Positions 1 to 9,929 of a stretch of DNA of 46,637 nucleotides are shown here, one piece after another. Source of the stretch: Burkholderiales bacterium (GTDB lineage Bacteria; Pseudomonadota; Gammaproteobacteria; Burkholderiales; JACQAP01). The number at the start of each line of letters is the position of its first letter. Within the stretch, counting starts at the first letter, position 1. The translations under genes and the position numbers were made by a program. Location: the NCBI GenBank assembly GCA_050741735.1, contig JBOIFZ010000099.1:1-46637 (forward strand), read 5' to 3'. The notes beneath the pieces are model-generated. The model saw only the letters and a list, made by a program, of their open reading frames with translations, was not told where the DNA came from and searched no databases.

Positions 1-28
1 TCCCGGGGCTGAGTCCTCCCTCACCCTG

Positions 29-103
29 CCCTGTCCCGGAGGGAGAGGGTCCATATACATGCCTGAGAGGGCAGTGTGCACCCTTCTCCCTCCGGGACAA
101 GGG
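29..103. repeat. Long imperfect inverted repeat (potential ~22-bp stem, ~29-nt loop) at the window edge
   Basis: ccctgtcccggagggagagggt (29-50) pairs with acccttctccctccgggacaaggg (80-103). The 14-nt core gtcccggagggaga is perfect; arm 2 carries two extra nt. Confidence 0.5.
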
Positions 104-253
104 AACACTTGAAGCAGAGCAGAAGGGCTGGGGATGAGGGCGGAGGACAACATCGCGCATGGGGCGCCGGCACGGCGAAGCGAGCGCTGTTGCTGTGAAG
201 GCTGACTCTTAGCGGGGCTGGTCCGATCAGAGTCATGCCGGAACTAAAGTCCG

Positions 254-281
254 GGGACCCCAGTCTTTCCGATGCGATAAT
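254..281 (+). promoter_or_regulatory. Candidate sigma70 promoter of rnpB
   Basis: The -10 gataat (276-281) ends 7 nt before the predicted rnpB 5' end at 289. The -35 gggacc (254-259) is weak, with a 16-nt spacer. Confidence 0.35.
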
Positions 282-288
282 CCATATT

Positions 289-749
289 GAAGCTGGCCGG
301 GCAGTCGCTGCGCAATTCGCTTGCGCAGAGGAAAGTCCGGGCTCCGCAGAGCAGGATGCCGGTTAACTGCCGGACGCCGCGAGGCGATGGAAAGTGGCAC
401 AGAGAAAAGACTGCCGATGGCCGACGCCCCGGCTTTGCGGCCGCAAGGTCGCGAAGACTCGCTCTTGTAGCGAGAAGGACGGCGGATCAGGCGATGGTGA
501 AACGGTGTGCGCCCCGCAAGGAGCGTGGGCGGTCGCGAGACTGTCGGGTAAAAGCCCACCGCGGACGTGGCAACACGGACGGCACGCCAAACCCCATCCG
601 GAGCAAGACCAAATAGGGGAGCGACAGCGTGGCTCGCGCTGCTCCCGGGTAGGTCGCTCGAGCCGACAGGCAACTGTCGGCCCAGATGAATGACTGCCGG
701 GGCGCCGCAGGGCGCTCCACAGAACCCGGCTTACAGGCCAGCTTCACTC
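289..749 (+). ncRNA. rnpB: RNase P RNA (M1 RNA), bacterial type A
   Basis: P1 pairing: gaagctggcc (289-298) with ggccagcttc (736-745). Universal motif ggaaagtccgggctcc at 330-345. Also present: gccgatgg, agcaagaccaaatagggg (602-619), agatgaatgact (684-695) and acagaacccggctta (719-733), all collinear with E. coli M1 RNA as I remember it. ORFs called across this span are artefacts. Confidence 0.93.
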
Positions 750-946
750 TTTCCCGCGCTTCGGCTTCCTGTCAGGAAATTTTTCCCCGGATTCTATCGT
801 TGGTGCATACTACCAACTCATCGAAAGGACAATAAATATATGTCGTAACTATCTTAAATTTAATGAATAATTGCCATTGATCCCACGTAAATTCAAGAGT
901 CGCTTGTAAGTCTTTGTCGTAACTGAAAAAAGCTGGCGGGTTCCCC

Positions 947-975
947 TTGACCTGCTATTTTTTTTCCTCTAGAGT
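947..975 (+). promoter_or_regulatory. Candidate Pmra sigma70 promoter (TTGACC-17 nt-TAGAGT)
   Basis: ttgacc at 947-952 and tagagt at 970-975 with a 17-nt T-rich spacer. It lies about 60 nt upstream of the mraZ ATG, in an AT-rich spacer. Confidence 0.55.
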
Positions 976-998
976 GGGGGAAAGTAGGGTTTTGTGGG
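974..998 (+). promoter_or_regulatory. MraZ operator: three direct repeats GTGGG / GTAGG / GTGGG at exact 10-bp spacing
   Basis: gtggg at 974-978, gtagg at 984-988 and gtggg at 994-998. This matches the published E. coli arrangement of three TGGGN boxes with 5-nt spacers next to Pmra. The first box overlaps the -10. Confidence 0.65.
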
Positions 999-1036
999 AA
1001 TACTTGAAAATTCCAACACTTCCGGTGGAATAACAA

Positions 1037-1480
1037 ATGTTTCAGGGGGCGACAGCACTAAACGTCGATGCCAAGGGCCGCCTTGCCGTTCCAACACGGC
1101 ATCGCGACGCCTTGCAATTAGGCAATGGCAGTAAGCAAGTACTTACAGCTCATCCGCACCGCTGCCTTTTGCTCTACCCCGCGCCCGCGTGGGAGCCGAT
1201 CCGCGCCCGGATCATGGGTTTCTCCAGCTTCGATCCCCAGACCAGTTTGTGGAAGCGGCTGCTGGTCGGTTTTGCCGAGGAAGTCGAACTGGATGCCTCC
1301 GGGCGGCTGTTGGTTTCACCGGAATTGCGCAAATTCGCCGGCCTGGAGAAGCAAGTGATGATGGTCGGGCAGGGCAGTCACTTCGAAATCTGGAGCCAGA
1401 GCACCTGGGAGAAGCAGCTCGAACAGCTTGCCGCAGGCGGCGACAAACTGCCCCCCGGAATGGAGAACTTCGCGCTGTGA
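1037..1480 (+). CDS. mraZ: Transcriptional regulator MraZ
   Basis: 147 aa. The N-terminus MFQGATALNVDAKGRLAVP is the MraZ/SpoVT-AbrB signature. It is the first gene of the dcw cluster. Confidence 0.95.
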   Translation: MFQGATALNVDAKGRLAVPTRHRDALQLGNGSKQVLTAHPHRCLLLYPAPAWEPIRARIMGFSSFDPQTSLWKRLLVGFAEEVELDASGRLLVSPELRKFAGLEKQVMMVGQGSHFEIWSQSTWEKQLEQLAAGGDKLPPGMENFAL

Positions 1481-1498
1481 GATCGAGCGGATCGCCAC

Positions 1499-2422
1499 TT
1501 GCGCTCACATCAGACGGTACTTCTTGAGGAAGCGGTCGAGGCACTGCGCGTCAAGGCCGATGGCATCTACGTGGATGGAACCTTCGGCCGCGGCGGACAC
1601 AGCCGCGCGATTCTGGCGCGGCTGGGCAGCTTGGGGAAGCTGATCGCCCTGGATCGCGATGCCATGGCGATCGCCGCGGCAATGGAAATAGCCGATCCGC
1701 GCCTTGCTGTATTTCATGCCCGATTCGGCGCACTGCGGGAGGTGGTTCGACGGGCGGGTGTCGCGCATGTCGACGGCGTGTTGCTCGACCTCGGCATGTC
1801 CTCGCCGCAGCTTGACGAGGCGGACAGGGGATTCAGCTTCCGCTTCGACGGGCCGCTGGACATGCGGATGGATACGAGCCGGGGGCAAACCGCGGCGCAA
1901 TGGCTGGAGCAGTCTTCGGAACAGGAGATCGGGGAGGTCATCAGGCGCTATGGCGAAGAACGGTTTGCTAAACAGATTGCAAGAGCGATTATTGCGGCTC
2001 GATCGCGCGGGCCTGTCGACCGCACACGGCAACTTGCCGAGATCGTGGCAAAAGCCGTTCCCACGCGCGAGCCGCATCAGGACCCGGCGACGCGCACCTT
2101 CCAAGCTATACGGATTCACATCAATCAGGAGCTTGAAGAGTTGGCGATGATGCTGCCCCAGTGCCTCGAAGTCCTCGATGACGGCGGCCGACTGGTGGTG
2201 ATCAGTTTCCACTCGCTCGAAGACCGCATCGTCAAGCAGTTCATGCGCACGCATTCGCAGCCCGGCGTGCTGCCGGCGCGTCTGCCGCTGCGCGCGCAGG
2301 AATTGCCGAAGCCGCACCTCAAGCTGATTGGCAAACCGGTCTTCCCCTCCGAATCCGAGGTTGCCGCCAACCCACGCGCCCGCAGCGCGGTGATGCGGGT
2401 CGCGGAAAGGATCGCGGCGTGA
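1499..2422 (+). CDS. rsmH: 16S rRNA (cytosine1402-N4)-methyltransferase RsmH (MraW)
   Basis: 307 aa. Motifs [10 protein letters not shown] and [13 protein letters not shown] start as given in the ORF track. Position follows mraZ. Confidence 0.9.
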   Translation: MRSHQTVLLEEAVEALRVKADGIYVDGTFGRGGHSRAILARLGSLGKLIALDRDAMAIAAAMEIADPRLAVFHARFGALREVVRRAGVAHVDGVLLDLGMSSPQLDEADRGFSFRFDGPLDMRMDTSRGQTAAQWLEQSSEQEIGEVIRRYGEERFAKQIARAIIAARSRGPVDRTRQLAEIVAKAVPTREPHQDPATRTFQAIRIHINQELEELAMMLPQCLEVLDDGGRLVVISFHSLEDRIVKQFMRTHSQPGVLPARLPLRAQELPKPHLKLIGKPVFPSESEVAANPRARSAVMRVAERIAA

Positions 2423-2700
2423 TCAAGCTCAATCTCGTGCTGTCGGGAATCCTGGTCGTTTGCGCGCTTGCGCTGGTGACCTCGCAGCACAAGGCGCGAA
2501 AGCATTTTGTGGAGTTGCAGAAGCAGCAGGAAGTCGCCAAGCAGCTCGAAGTCGAATACGGCCAGTTGCAGCTGGAACAAAGCACCTGGGCGATGCATTC
2601 CCGCGTCGAAAAGATCGCGGCCAACATTCTGCACATGCGTGTGCCGCCGGCGGCACGCGTGCATCTCGTTCCTCCCCCTCCCGCGCCGTCCAACCCATGA
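2419..2700 (+). CDS. ftsL: Cell division protein FtsL
   Basis: 93 aa with a single N-terminal TM helix followed by a coiled-coil ([20 protein letters not shown]). The GTG start overlaps the rsmH stop (GTGA). Confidence 0.85.
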   Translation: MIKLNLVLSGILVVCALALVTSQHKARKHFVELQKQQEVAKQLEVEYGQLQLEQSTWAMHSRVEKIAANILHMRVPPAARVHLVPPPPAPSNP

Positions 2701-4427
2701 GACCCTCCCTAAATCCAGCGCTCTCGGTACGCCTGCCCGTGTGGCGGGCGCGGCTGCTGTTGCTGCTGGTTTTCTGCGGGTTCATGGTGTTGGCGGCGCG
2801 GGCTCTTTATTTGCAAGGGCTGCATAACGATTTTCTGCAGCAGAAAGGCGAAACCCGCTATGCGCGCGTGGTCGAGATTTCCGCGCATCGCGGCATGGTG
2901 ACCGACCGGCATGGCGAACCTCTGGCGGTGAGCACGCCCGTGGAATCGGTGTGGGCGTCTCCCGCGGACGCCGACCTTAGCACCGAGCAAAGAGTGAAGC
3001 TGGCGCGCTTGCTCGGCATGGATGCAACGGAACTGAGGAGACGCCTTGCCGACAGTGAGCGCGAGTTCGTGTATCTCAAGCGGCAGTTGCCCCCGGAGCA
3101 GGCGACGAAAGTCGTGCAACTCAATCTTCCCGGCGTGTTTCTGCAGCGCGAGTACCGCCGTTACTATCCCGCAGCGGAAGTGACTGCGCACGTGGTCGGC
3201 TTTACCGGGGTGGACGACAACGGGCAGGAAGGCATCGAGCTGGCGTACCAGGAATGGCTCGCCGGAAAGCGCGGCAGCCGGCGCGTAATCAAGGACAGGC
3301 TCGGGCGGATCATCGAGGACGTGGAGAGCATTCGCGCGCCCCAGCAGGGCCGCGATCTGGCGCTCTCCATCGATCAGCGCATCCAGTATCTCGCCTTCAG
3401 GGATCTGAAGAGCGCAGTCGCCGAGCACGAGGCCAAGGCGGGCAGCATCGTTGTGCTTGATGCGGTCTCGGGCGAAGTGCTGGCGCTGGCGAACTGGCCC
3501 ACCTACAACCCGAACAACCGCGATACCCTGAAGATGGCCGGATCGCGCAACCGCGCGGTGGTGGACCTGTTCGAGCCCGGTTCGACTCTGAAGCCGTTCA
3601 CCGCCGCCGCCGCACTGGAGTCCGGATTGGTGGGTCCGGGCAGCGTCATTGACACCGAGCACGGCCGCTTCACCATCGGCAAGCGCACGATTCGCGACGT
3701 TCATCCCGAGGGCTTTCTCACCGTGTCCCAGGTGATCCAGAAGTCATCGAACGTGGGCTCGGCGAAGATCGCGCTGGCGATGGCGCCGCAGAAGCTCTGG
3801 GCAATCTTTTCCGCAGTCGGCTTCGGCGCCCAGACCAGAGTGGGGTTTCCCGGAGAAGCAACGGGGCGGTTGCGCGCCTATCAGAGCTGGAAGCGAATCG
3901 AACACGCCACCATGTCCTATGGCCACGGCGTATCCGTCAGCCTGTTGCAACTGGCGCGCGCCTACTCGGTATTCGCCACCGGCGGCGAACTGAAGCAACT
4001 GACCTTGATTCGTCGCGACCAGCCGGTCGAGGGCAAGCGGGTGGTATCGCGGCGCACCGCGCAGGCGGTGCGCAAGATTCTGGAGATGGTGACCCAGCCC
4101 GGCGGAACCGCGACGCGCGCCCAAGTCGCCGGCTACCGCGTTGCCGGCAAGACCGGTACTGCGCACAAGCTCGACGGTGCAACGTATGCGGCGGATCGCT
4201 ACGTTTCCTCGTTCGTCGGTTTCGCGCCCGCCTCGAACCCGCGCCTGGTCATTGCCGTGATGATCGACGAGCCGAGTGGCAAGCATTACTACGGCGGCGA
4301 AGTGGCCGCACCGGTGTTCAGCAACGTGATGGCGGGCGCATTGCGTCTGCTCGGAGTCACGCCCGACGCGCCGCCCGACAATGTAATTCCTCCAGAGTCT
4401 GCACCACTGATCGGGGAGGAAGTATGA
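2697..4427 (+). CDS. ftsI: Peptidoglycan D,D-transpeptidase FtsI (PBP3)
   Basis: The ORF track begins at 2460, but ATG 2697 overlaps the ftsL stop (ATGA) and yields MRPSLNP..., a short cytoplasmic tail and then a TM helix. Transpeptidase motifs STLKP, SSN and KTGT are visible. Confidence 0.93.
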   Translation: MRPSLNPALSVRLPVWRARLLLLLVFCGFMVLAARALYLQGLHNDFLQQKGETRYARVVEISAHRGMVTDRHGEPLAVSTPVESVWASPADADLSTEQRVKLARLLGMDATELRRRLADSEREFVYLKRQLPPEQATKVVQLNLPGVFLQREYRRYYPAAEVTAHVVGFTGVDDNGQEGIELAYQEWLAGKRGSRRVIKDRLGRIIEDVESIRAPQQGRDLALSIDQRIQYLAFRDLKSAVAEHEAKAGSIVVLDAVSGEVLALANWPTYNPNNRDTLKMAGSRNRAVVDLFEPGSTLKPFTAAAALESGLVGPGSVIDTEHGRFTIGKRTIRDVHPEGFLTVSQVIQKSSNVGSAKIALAMAPQKLWAIFSAVGFGAQTRVGFPGEATGRLRAYQSWKRIEHATMSYGHGVSVSLLQLARAYSVFATGGELKQLTLIRRDQPVEGKRVVSRRTAQAVRKILEMVTQPGGTATRAQVAGYRVAGKTGTAHKLDGATYAADRYVSSFVGFAPASNPRLVIAVMIDEPSGKHYYGGEVAAPVFSNVMAGALRLLGVTPDAPPDNVIPPESAPLIGEEV

Positions 4428-5920
4428 ACGCTGCATCGCGCTCACCGCGGCGGGGCCAGCGCGCCTTCGACATACGTAAAATCGGCGCGCTCGGCGTGCC
4501 CGTCACCGGCCTGGCGGTGGACAGCCGCAAGGTGAAGCCCGACGACGTGTTCCTCGCCTACCCGGGCGAGCATTCCGACGGCCGCCGCTTCATCGACCAG
4601 GCAATCGGCGCCGGTGCCGCCGCAGTGTTGTGGGACAGCCGCGGCTTCCAGTGGAACTCCGCATGGAAGCTGCCCAATCTGGGCGTGCCCGAGCTGCGCG
4701 CGCACCTTGGAGACATCGCCAGTCATTTTCACGGGCATCCGTCCCGTCACTTGTGGGTCGCCGGCGTGACCGGCACCAACGGCAAGACCTCCTGCTCGCA
4801 CTGGATCGCACAGTCGCTGTCCCGCCTCGGGCGCAAGACCGCGGTGATCGGAACCATCGGCAGCGGCTTTCCCGGCGCGCTTGAAACGGCGCTCAACACC
4901 ACTCCCGACGCCGTGACGTTGCACGCGCGCCTTGCGGACTTCCGCATGCACGGTGCCGAGGCCTGCGCGATGGAGGTTTCTTCGCACGGCATCGAGCAGG
5001 GCCGGGTCGGCGGCGTGGAGTTCGACGTCGCGCTGTTCACCAACCTGTCGCGCGACCATCTCGACTATCACAAGACCATGGAGGACTATGCGGCCGCAAA
5101 GGCGAAACTCTTCCATTGGCCGCAGCTCAAGCATGCGGTCGTGAATCTGGACGACCGCTTCGGCCAGCAGCTTGCCACGTCGATCAATCGCTCCCGCGTC
5201 AATGTCCTCGGTTACGGGCTGGGCAGAGGCGAGATCGCCGGACACCGGCTGGATCTGTCGACGCGCGGCCTCAAGCTGGAGATCACCACGCCCTGGGGCG
5301 CGGCCGAACTCGACAGCCACATGATCGGCGGTTTCAACGCCTCCAATCTCCTGGGTGTGCTGGGCGTGCTGATCACTTCAGGCGTGCCGCTGCAAGACGC
5401 GGTGGAGGCGCTGTCGCTGGTCGAACCGGTGCCGGGGCGGCTGCAAATGGTGCGCGAACCCGGCGCGCCGCTGGTGGTGGTGGATTACGCGCACACTCCG
5501 GACGCGCTGGAGAAGGCGCTGGAGACACTGCGCTCCACTCTCTCGAGCGAAGGGGGGCTGCATTGCGTTTTCGGTTGCGGCGGTGACCGCGATCCGGGCA
5601 AACGCCCGCTGATGGGTGAAGTGGCGACCCGTCTCGCCGACCGCGTCGTGATCACCAGCGACAACCCGAGGTCGGAGAATCCGCGCGCGATCATCGACGA
5701 AATCCTCGCCGGCGCGCACCCGAACTACGCGATCGAAGAGGATCGAGCCATGGCGATCCTGCAGGCGATCAGCGGCGCCGCGTCGCAGGACGTGGTGCTG
5801 ATCGCCGGCAAAGGCCACGAAACCTATCAGGAAATCGGCGGCCGGCAGTTGCCTTTCGACGATGCCGAAGTCGCGCGTGAGATCCTGCAGCGGCTACCGC
5901 GGCGGGTGGGCCATGCTTGA
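4424..5920 (+). CDS. murE: UDP-MurNAc-L-Ala-D-Glu:meso-DAP ligase MurE
   Basis: 498 aa. Mur ligase P-loop GVTGTNGKTS and DNPR motif (TSDNPRSE). ATGA overlap with ftsI. Confidence 0.95.
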   Translation: MNAASRSPRRGQRAFDIRKIGALGVPVTGLAVDSRKVKPDDVFLAYPGEHSDGRRFIDQAIGAGAAAVLWDSRGFQWNSAWKLPNLGVPELRAHLGDIASHFHGHPSRHLWVAGVTGTNGKTSCSHWIAQSLSRLGRKTAVIGTIGSGFPGALETALNTTPDAVTLHARLADFRMHGAEACAMEVSSHGIEQGRVGGVEFDVALFTNLSRDHLDYHKTMEDYAAAKAKLFHWPQLKHAVVNLDDRFGQQLATSINRSRVNVLGYGLGRGEIAGHRLDLSTRGLKLEITTPWGAAELDSHMIGGFNASNLLGVLGVLITSGVPLQDAVEALSLVEPVPGRLQMVREPGAPLVVVDYAHTPDALEKALETLRSTLSSEGGLHCVFGCGGDRDPGKRPLMGEVATRLADRVVITSDNPRSENPRAIIDEILAGAHPNYAIEEDRAMAILQAISGAASQDVVLIAGKGHETYQEIGGRQLPFDDAEVAREILQRLPRRVGHA

Positions 5921-7295
5921 CCTCGTCAGCGCAGCGCAGGCGCTCGGCGCCCGCCGAGTCGGCGGCAACGCGGAATTCATGCGCGTGAACACCGACAGCC
6001 GCAGCATTCGTTCGGGCGATCTGTTCGTCGGCATCCGCGGCGAACGTTTCGACGGCCAGGCATTCGCCGCGCAGGCACTCGGCGCCGGCGCGGTCGCGGC
6101 AATGGTAAGCGACGTTCCCCGGAACGCCGGCGCCGGCGCCAGGCTGCTGGTTGTTCCCGATACGCGCGTTGCGCTGGGCCAGCTCGCGGCTTACTGGCGC
6201 GCGCGCTTTGCAATGCCGCTGATCGCGATCACCGGCAGCAACGGCAAGACCACGGTTAAGGAGATGCTTGCCGCGATCCTGCGCCAGTCGGCCGGCGAAA
6301 GCGGCGTACTCGCCAACGTCGGCAACCTGAACAACGACATCGGCATGCCGCTGACACTGCTGCAGCTTCGCGCCCAGCATCGTTACGCAGTGGTCGAAAT
6401 GGGGATGAACCACCTGGGCGAGATCGCCTATCTGTCGCGGCTGGCCAAGCCCACCACGGCACTGATCAACAACGCTGGAACGGCGCATATCGGCGAACTC
6501 GGTTCCACCGAGGCCATTGCCCGCGCCAAGGGCGAAATATTCGAAGGTCTGGACATGGCCGGGGCCGCGATCATCAACAGCGATGATGCATTTGCCGATT
6601 TCTGGCGCGGCCTGGCGAAATCCCGGCGCGTGGTGGATTTCGGGCTGGACAGGAAGGCCGCCATTTCGGCGCGCTACGAGCTCGCCGCGGCGGGCAGTCT
6701 GGTCACCATCGTGACTCCGGAAAGCCAGTTCGTTGCCACGCTCAACGTGCCCGGTCTCCACAACGTCAAGAACGCTCTGGCGGCCGCAACCGCAGCCTAT
6801 GCGCTTGGGATCGACCCGAAGGCCATCGTCGCAGGCGTTGCGGCCTATCGCGGCGTTAAGAGCAGGCTGCAGCACAAACGGCTCGCATCCGGCACCACGC
6901 TGATCGACGACTCCTACAACGCCAATCCGGAATCGATGATGGCGGCGATTGCGGTTCTGGCGGCGCATGCCGGCCGCAAGGTTTTAGTGATGGGCGACAT
7001 GGGTGAACTCGGCGATACGGCTTCCGCGATGCATGCGGCAATCGGCGTGTTCGCCAAGCGCGCCGGCGTGGAGCGTCTGTTCGCACTCGGAGACCTGAGC
7101 GCGGAGGCAGTACGCGGCTTCGGCGACGGCGGCGCCCACTTCGCGACCATCGAAGATCTGGTCGCGGCAATCGCCGGCGTGCTCGGCCGCGATACGACTT
7201 TGCTGATCAAGGGTTCGCGTTTCATGCGCATGGAGCGTGTGGTCGAGGCGCTGGGGGCCGTGAACGGGGAACAGACCGCGAAAGGAGGAGCCTGA
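5913..7295 (+). CDS. murF: UDP-MurNAc-tripeptide:D-Ala-D-Ala ligase MurF
   Basis: In-frame ATG at 5913 ([13 protein letters not shown]...) overlaps the murE stop by 8 nt. P-loop GSNGKTT. The upstream extension in the ORF track lies inside murE. Confidence 0.93.
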   Translation: MLDLVSAAQALGARRVGGNAEFMRVNTDSRSIRSGDLFVGIRGERFDGQAFAAQALGAGAVAAMVSDVPRNAGAGARLLVVPDTRVALGQLAAYWRARFAMPLIAITGSNGKTTVKEMLAAILRQSAGESGVLANVGNLNNDIGMPLTLLQLRAQHRYAVVEMGMNHLGEIAYLSRLAKPTTALINNAGTAHIGELGSTEAIARAKGEIFEGLDMAGAAIINSDDAFADFWRGLAKSRRVVDFGLDRKAAISARYELAAAGSLVTIVTPESQFVATLNVPGLHNVKNALAAATAAYALGIDPKAIVAGVAAYRGVKSRLQHKRLASGTTLIDDSYNANPESMMAAIAVLAAHAGRKVLVMGDMGELGDTASAMHAAIGVFAKRAGVERLFALGDLSAEAVRGFGDGGAHFATIEDLVAAIAGVLGRDTTLLIKGSRFMRMERVVEALGAVNGEQTAKGGA

Positions 7296-8380
7296 TGCTG
7301 CTGCTGCTCACGCAGTGGTTGGCCGGGGATATACGTGCCTTCAACGTCTTCAACTACATCACGCTGCGCGCCGTGCTGGCCACGCTGACCGCGTTGCTGA
7401 TTTCTTTCGTCATCGGTCCGCCGATGATCCGCAAGCTCACGGCCTACAAGATCGGCCAGTCGGTGCGCGACGACGGACCGAAGACCCATCTGAGCAAGGC
7501 CGGCACGCCGACCATGGGCGGCGCGTTGATCCTGGTTTCGATCACTATCACCACGCTGTTGTGGGCGGACTTGCACAACCGTTACGTGTGGGTGGTGCTG
7601 GCGGTGACGCTGGGCTTTGGCATGGTCGGCTGGGTGGATGACTACCGCAAGGTCGTGCATCGCGACGCAAAGGGGCTGTCGGCGCGCGGCAAATTATTCT
7701 GGCAGTCGCTCATCGGGCTTGTCGCGGCCATCTACCTGGCAACATCGGCTACGCTGCCCGAGCAAACCGAGCTGATCGTTCCCTTCTTCAAGCAGGTCGC
7801 GTATCCGCTGGGGATCATCGGTTTTGTTGTGATGACGTACGTCGTCATCGTCGGCTCCAGCAACGCGGTGAACCTGACCGATGGACTGGATGGGCTGGCG
7901 ATCCTGCCCACTGTGATGGTCGGCAGCGCGCTCGGCGTGTTCGCCTACGTCGCAGGCAACGCGGTGTTCTCGAAATATCTCGGATTCCCTTCCATTCCCG
8001 GCGCCGGCGAACTCACGGTGATCTGCGCGGCGCTGGCGGGAGCAGGGCTCGCCTTCCTCTGGTTCAACGCCTACCCGGCGGAAGTGTTCATGGGCGACGT
8101 CGGTGCGCTGGCACTCGGCGCCGCGCTCGGCACCATCGCGGTGGTGGTCAGGCAGGAGATCGTGCTGTTCATCATGGGCGGGGTGTTCGTGGTGGAAACG
8201 TTGTCGGTGATGCTGCAGGTCGCCTCCTTCAAGCTCACCGGCAAGCGCATCTTTCGAATGGCGCCGCTGCATCACCACTACGAACTGAAAGGCTGGCAGG
8301 AAAACCAGGTTGTCGTCCGTTTCTGGATCATCACCATGATGCTGGTACTGGTGGGTTTATCAACTTTGAAACTGAGGTAA
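7295..8380 (+). CDS. mraY: Phospho-MurNAc-pentapeptide translocase MraY
   Basis: 361 aa polytopic membrane protein. Motifs [13 protein letters not shown] and [11 protein letters not shown]. Strong RBS aaaggaggag. TGATG junction with murF. Confidence 0.96.
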   Translation: MLLLLTQWLAGDIRAFNVFNYITLRAVLATLTALLISFVIGPPMIRKLTAYKIGQSVRDDGPKTHLSKAGTPTMGGALILVSITITTLLWADLHNRYVWVVLAVTLGFGMVGWVDDYRKVVHRDAKGLSARGKLFWQSLIGLVAAIYLATSATLPEQTELIVPFFKQVAYPLGIIGFVVMTYVVIVGSSNAVNLTDGLDGLAILPTVMVGSALGVFAYVAGNAVFSKYLGFPSIPGAGELTVICAALAGAGLAFLWFNAYPAEVFMGDVGALALGAALGTIAVVVRQEIVLFIMGGVFVVETLSVMLQVASFKLTGKRIFRMAPLHHHYELKGWQENQVVVRFWIITMMLVLVGLSTLKLR

Positions 8381-8383
8381 TAC

Positions 8384-8569
8384 ATGACCAGCCGTCTGCA
8401 ATTCGAGTTATTCATGCGGGAAATGCGCGCGCAAGCCGCCAGCAAACAGCCTACGCAACTGCCGCTCGCCAACCTGCATCGCGAAGAGAACGAGGACGTC
8501 GGCGCCGTGCGCCTGTTCCGAATCGAGGCGGCGATGAAGGAGACGCGTGCCGCTCGAGCTGGAAAATAG
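8384..8569 (+). CDS. Hypothetical 61-aa protein in the mraY-murD spacer (unverified)
   Basis: ATG 8384 lies 6 nt after GAGG (8373-8376). Third codon positions are mostly G/C, like neighbouring genes. The ORF overlaps the murD start by 23 nt. I recognise no family. Confidence 0.3.
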   Translation: MTSRLQFELFMREMRAQAASKQPTQLPLANLHREENEDVGAVRLFRIEAAMKETRAARAGK

Positions 8570-9929
8570 GCGCGTACTGGTGCTCGGTCTGGGCTCAAGC
8601 GGAATGTCGATGGCGCGCTGGCTGGCGGGGCGTGGCGCGCGCGTGCACGTCGCCGACAGCCGTGCCGTGCCGCCGAATGCCGAACAGCTGCGCACGGAGC
8701 TGCCAGGCGTCGAACTGCATACGGGAGCGTTTCGCCCCGAGAGTTTCGCCGATGCGGAGCTGATTGCGATCAGCCCTGGCGTGCCGCTCGCCGAACCGCT
8801 GGTACAGGCGGTTCTGGCGCGAGGCCTGGAAGTGATCGGCGACATCGAACTGTTCGCCCGCGTGCGCGACGAATTCCCCGGCGCCAGGATCATCGGCATC
8901 ACCGGTTCGAACGGCAAGAGCACGGTAACCGAGATGGTCGGCGCGATGGCGCGCGCCGCCAGGACCAGGACGCTGGTGGCCGGAAACATTGGCTTGCCGA
9001 TCCTGGAGGCGCTTTCGGAAATTGGAGCCGGACGCCGTCGGCGCCCGGATGTGTTCGTGCTCGAGCTATCCAGTTTTCAGCTGGAGACGACGAAGAGCCT
9101 CAACGTCGACGCCGGCGCGGTCCTGAACCTGAGCGAAGACCACCTGGACCGCTATGCGGGCATGCGCGAATACGCACAGGCGAAGGCGCGCATCTTCTTC
9201 GGCAATGGCACGCAGTTGATCAACCGCGAGGATGCGTGGGCGCGCGACATGGCCGGATCCGGCAGGCGCGTATTTACTTTCGGACTTGACGAACCACGCG
9301 CGGAGGGCGCGTGGGGGTTGCGCAATCTCGACGGCGAACTCTGGCTCGCAGAAGGGCGGGCCAACCTTATGAAGGTTTCCGAGCTGAAGGTGACGGGCCT
9401 GCATAACGCCGCGAACGCGCTGGCGGCGCTGGCGCTGTGCCGCGCGATCGGACTGCCCTACGAACCGTTGCTCAATGCGCTCTTCAGCTTCAGCGGACTG
9501 CCGCACCGCGTTCAACGGGTTGCCGAATTCAACGGCGTGGCTTTCTTCGACGATTCCAAAGGCACCAACGTCGGCGCGACGATCGCCGCGCTCGAGGCCA
9601 TGGGCCCGAAAGTGGTGCTCATCGCCGGCGGCGACGGCAAAGGCCAAAATTTCTCGCCTCTTCGGGATGCGGTTGCGCGGCACGCCCGTGCGGTGGTGCT
9701 GATCGGGCGCGACCGCGACCGGATTGCCGCCGCGATCGAGTCCACGGGCGTGACGCTGGTACGCGCCACCAACATGCACGAGGCGGTGCGCGCGAGCCTT
9801 GCCCTGGCGCACGCCGGGGACGCCGTGCTGCTGTCACCGGCGTGCGCCAGCTTCGACATGTTTCGCGACTACGAGCACCGCGCGCAGGTGTTTGTCGAGG
9901 AGGTCAGGGCCTTGGGTGGAGTGCAATGA
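8547..9929 (+). CDS. murD: UDP-MurNAc-L-Ala:D-Glu ligase MurD
   Basis: 460 aa. N-terminal Rossmann [10 protein letters not shown] and P-loop GSNGKST. GTG 8547 is the most upstream start in frame. Confidence 0.93.
   Translation: MPLELENRRVLVLGLGSSGMSMARWLAGRGARVHVADSRAVPPNAEQLRTELPGVELHTGAFRPESFADAELIAISPGVPLAEPLVQAVLARGLEVIGDIELFARVRDEFPGARIIGITGSNGKSTVTEMVGAMARAARTRTLVAGNIGLPILEALSEIGAGRRRRPDVFVLELSSFQLETTKSLNVDAGAVLNLSEDHLDRYAGMREYAQAKARIFFGNGTQLINREDAWARDMAGSGRRVFTFGLDEPRAEGAWGLRNLDGELWLAEGRANLMKVSELKVTGLHNAANALAALALCRAIGLPYEPLLNALFSFSGLPHRVQRVAEFNGVAFFDDSKGTNVGATIAALEAMGPKVVLIAGGDGKGQNFSPLRDAVARHARAVVLIGRDRDRIAAAIESTGVTLVRATNMHEAVRASLALAHAGDAVLLSPACASFDMFRDYEHRAQVFVEEVRALGGVQ

Noticed and set aside
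233-747. Several 75-146-aa ORFs on both strands across 233-747.
   Set aside because: The region is RNase P RNA, with the P1 pairing and universal motifs present. The ORFs are by-products of a GC-rich structured RNA.
841-924. 10-mer tgtcgtaact repeated at 841-850 and 915-924 upstream of the mraZ promoter.
   Set aside because: It is too short to be significant on its own and I recognise no known operator. It is noted only as something to re-examine if relatives conserve it.
2460-2696. N-terminal extensions given by the ORF track for ftsI (2460), murF (5862), ftsW (9437), murG (10687), murC (12156), lpxC (19095), coaE (to 30143), ypjD (to 34519), ffh (34408), the hydrolase (36137), rpsP (37052), rplS (38553), xerD (39476), tsaD (to 42558) and rpsU (42509).
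   Set aside because: The extensions overlap the preceding gene or repeat DNA and are Arg/Pro/Ala-rich. In every case an internal start reproduces the canonical family N-terminus and usually a 1-8-nt start/stop overlap.
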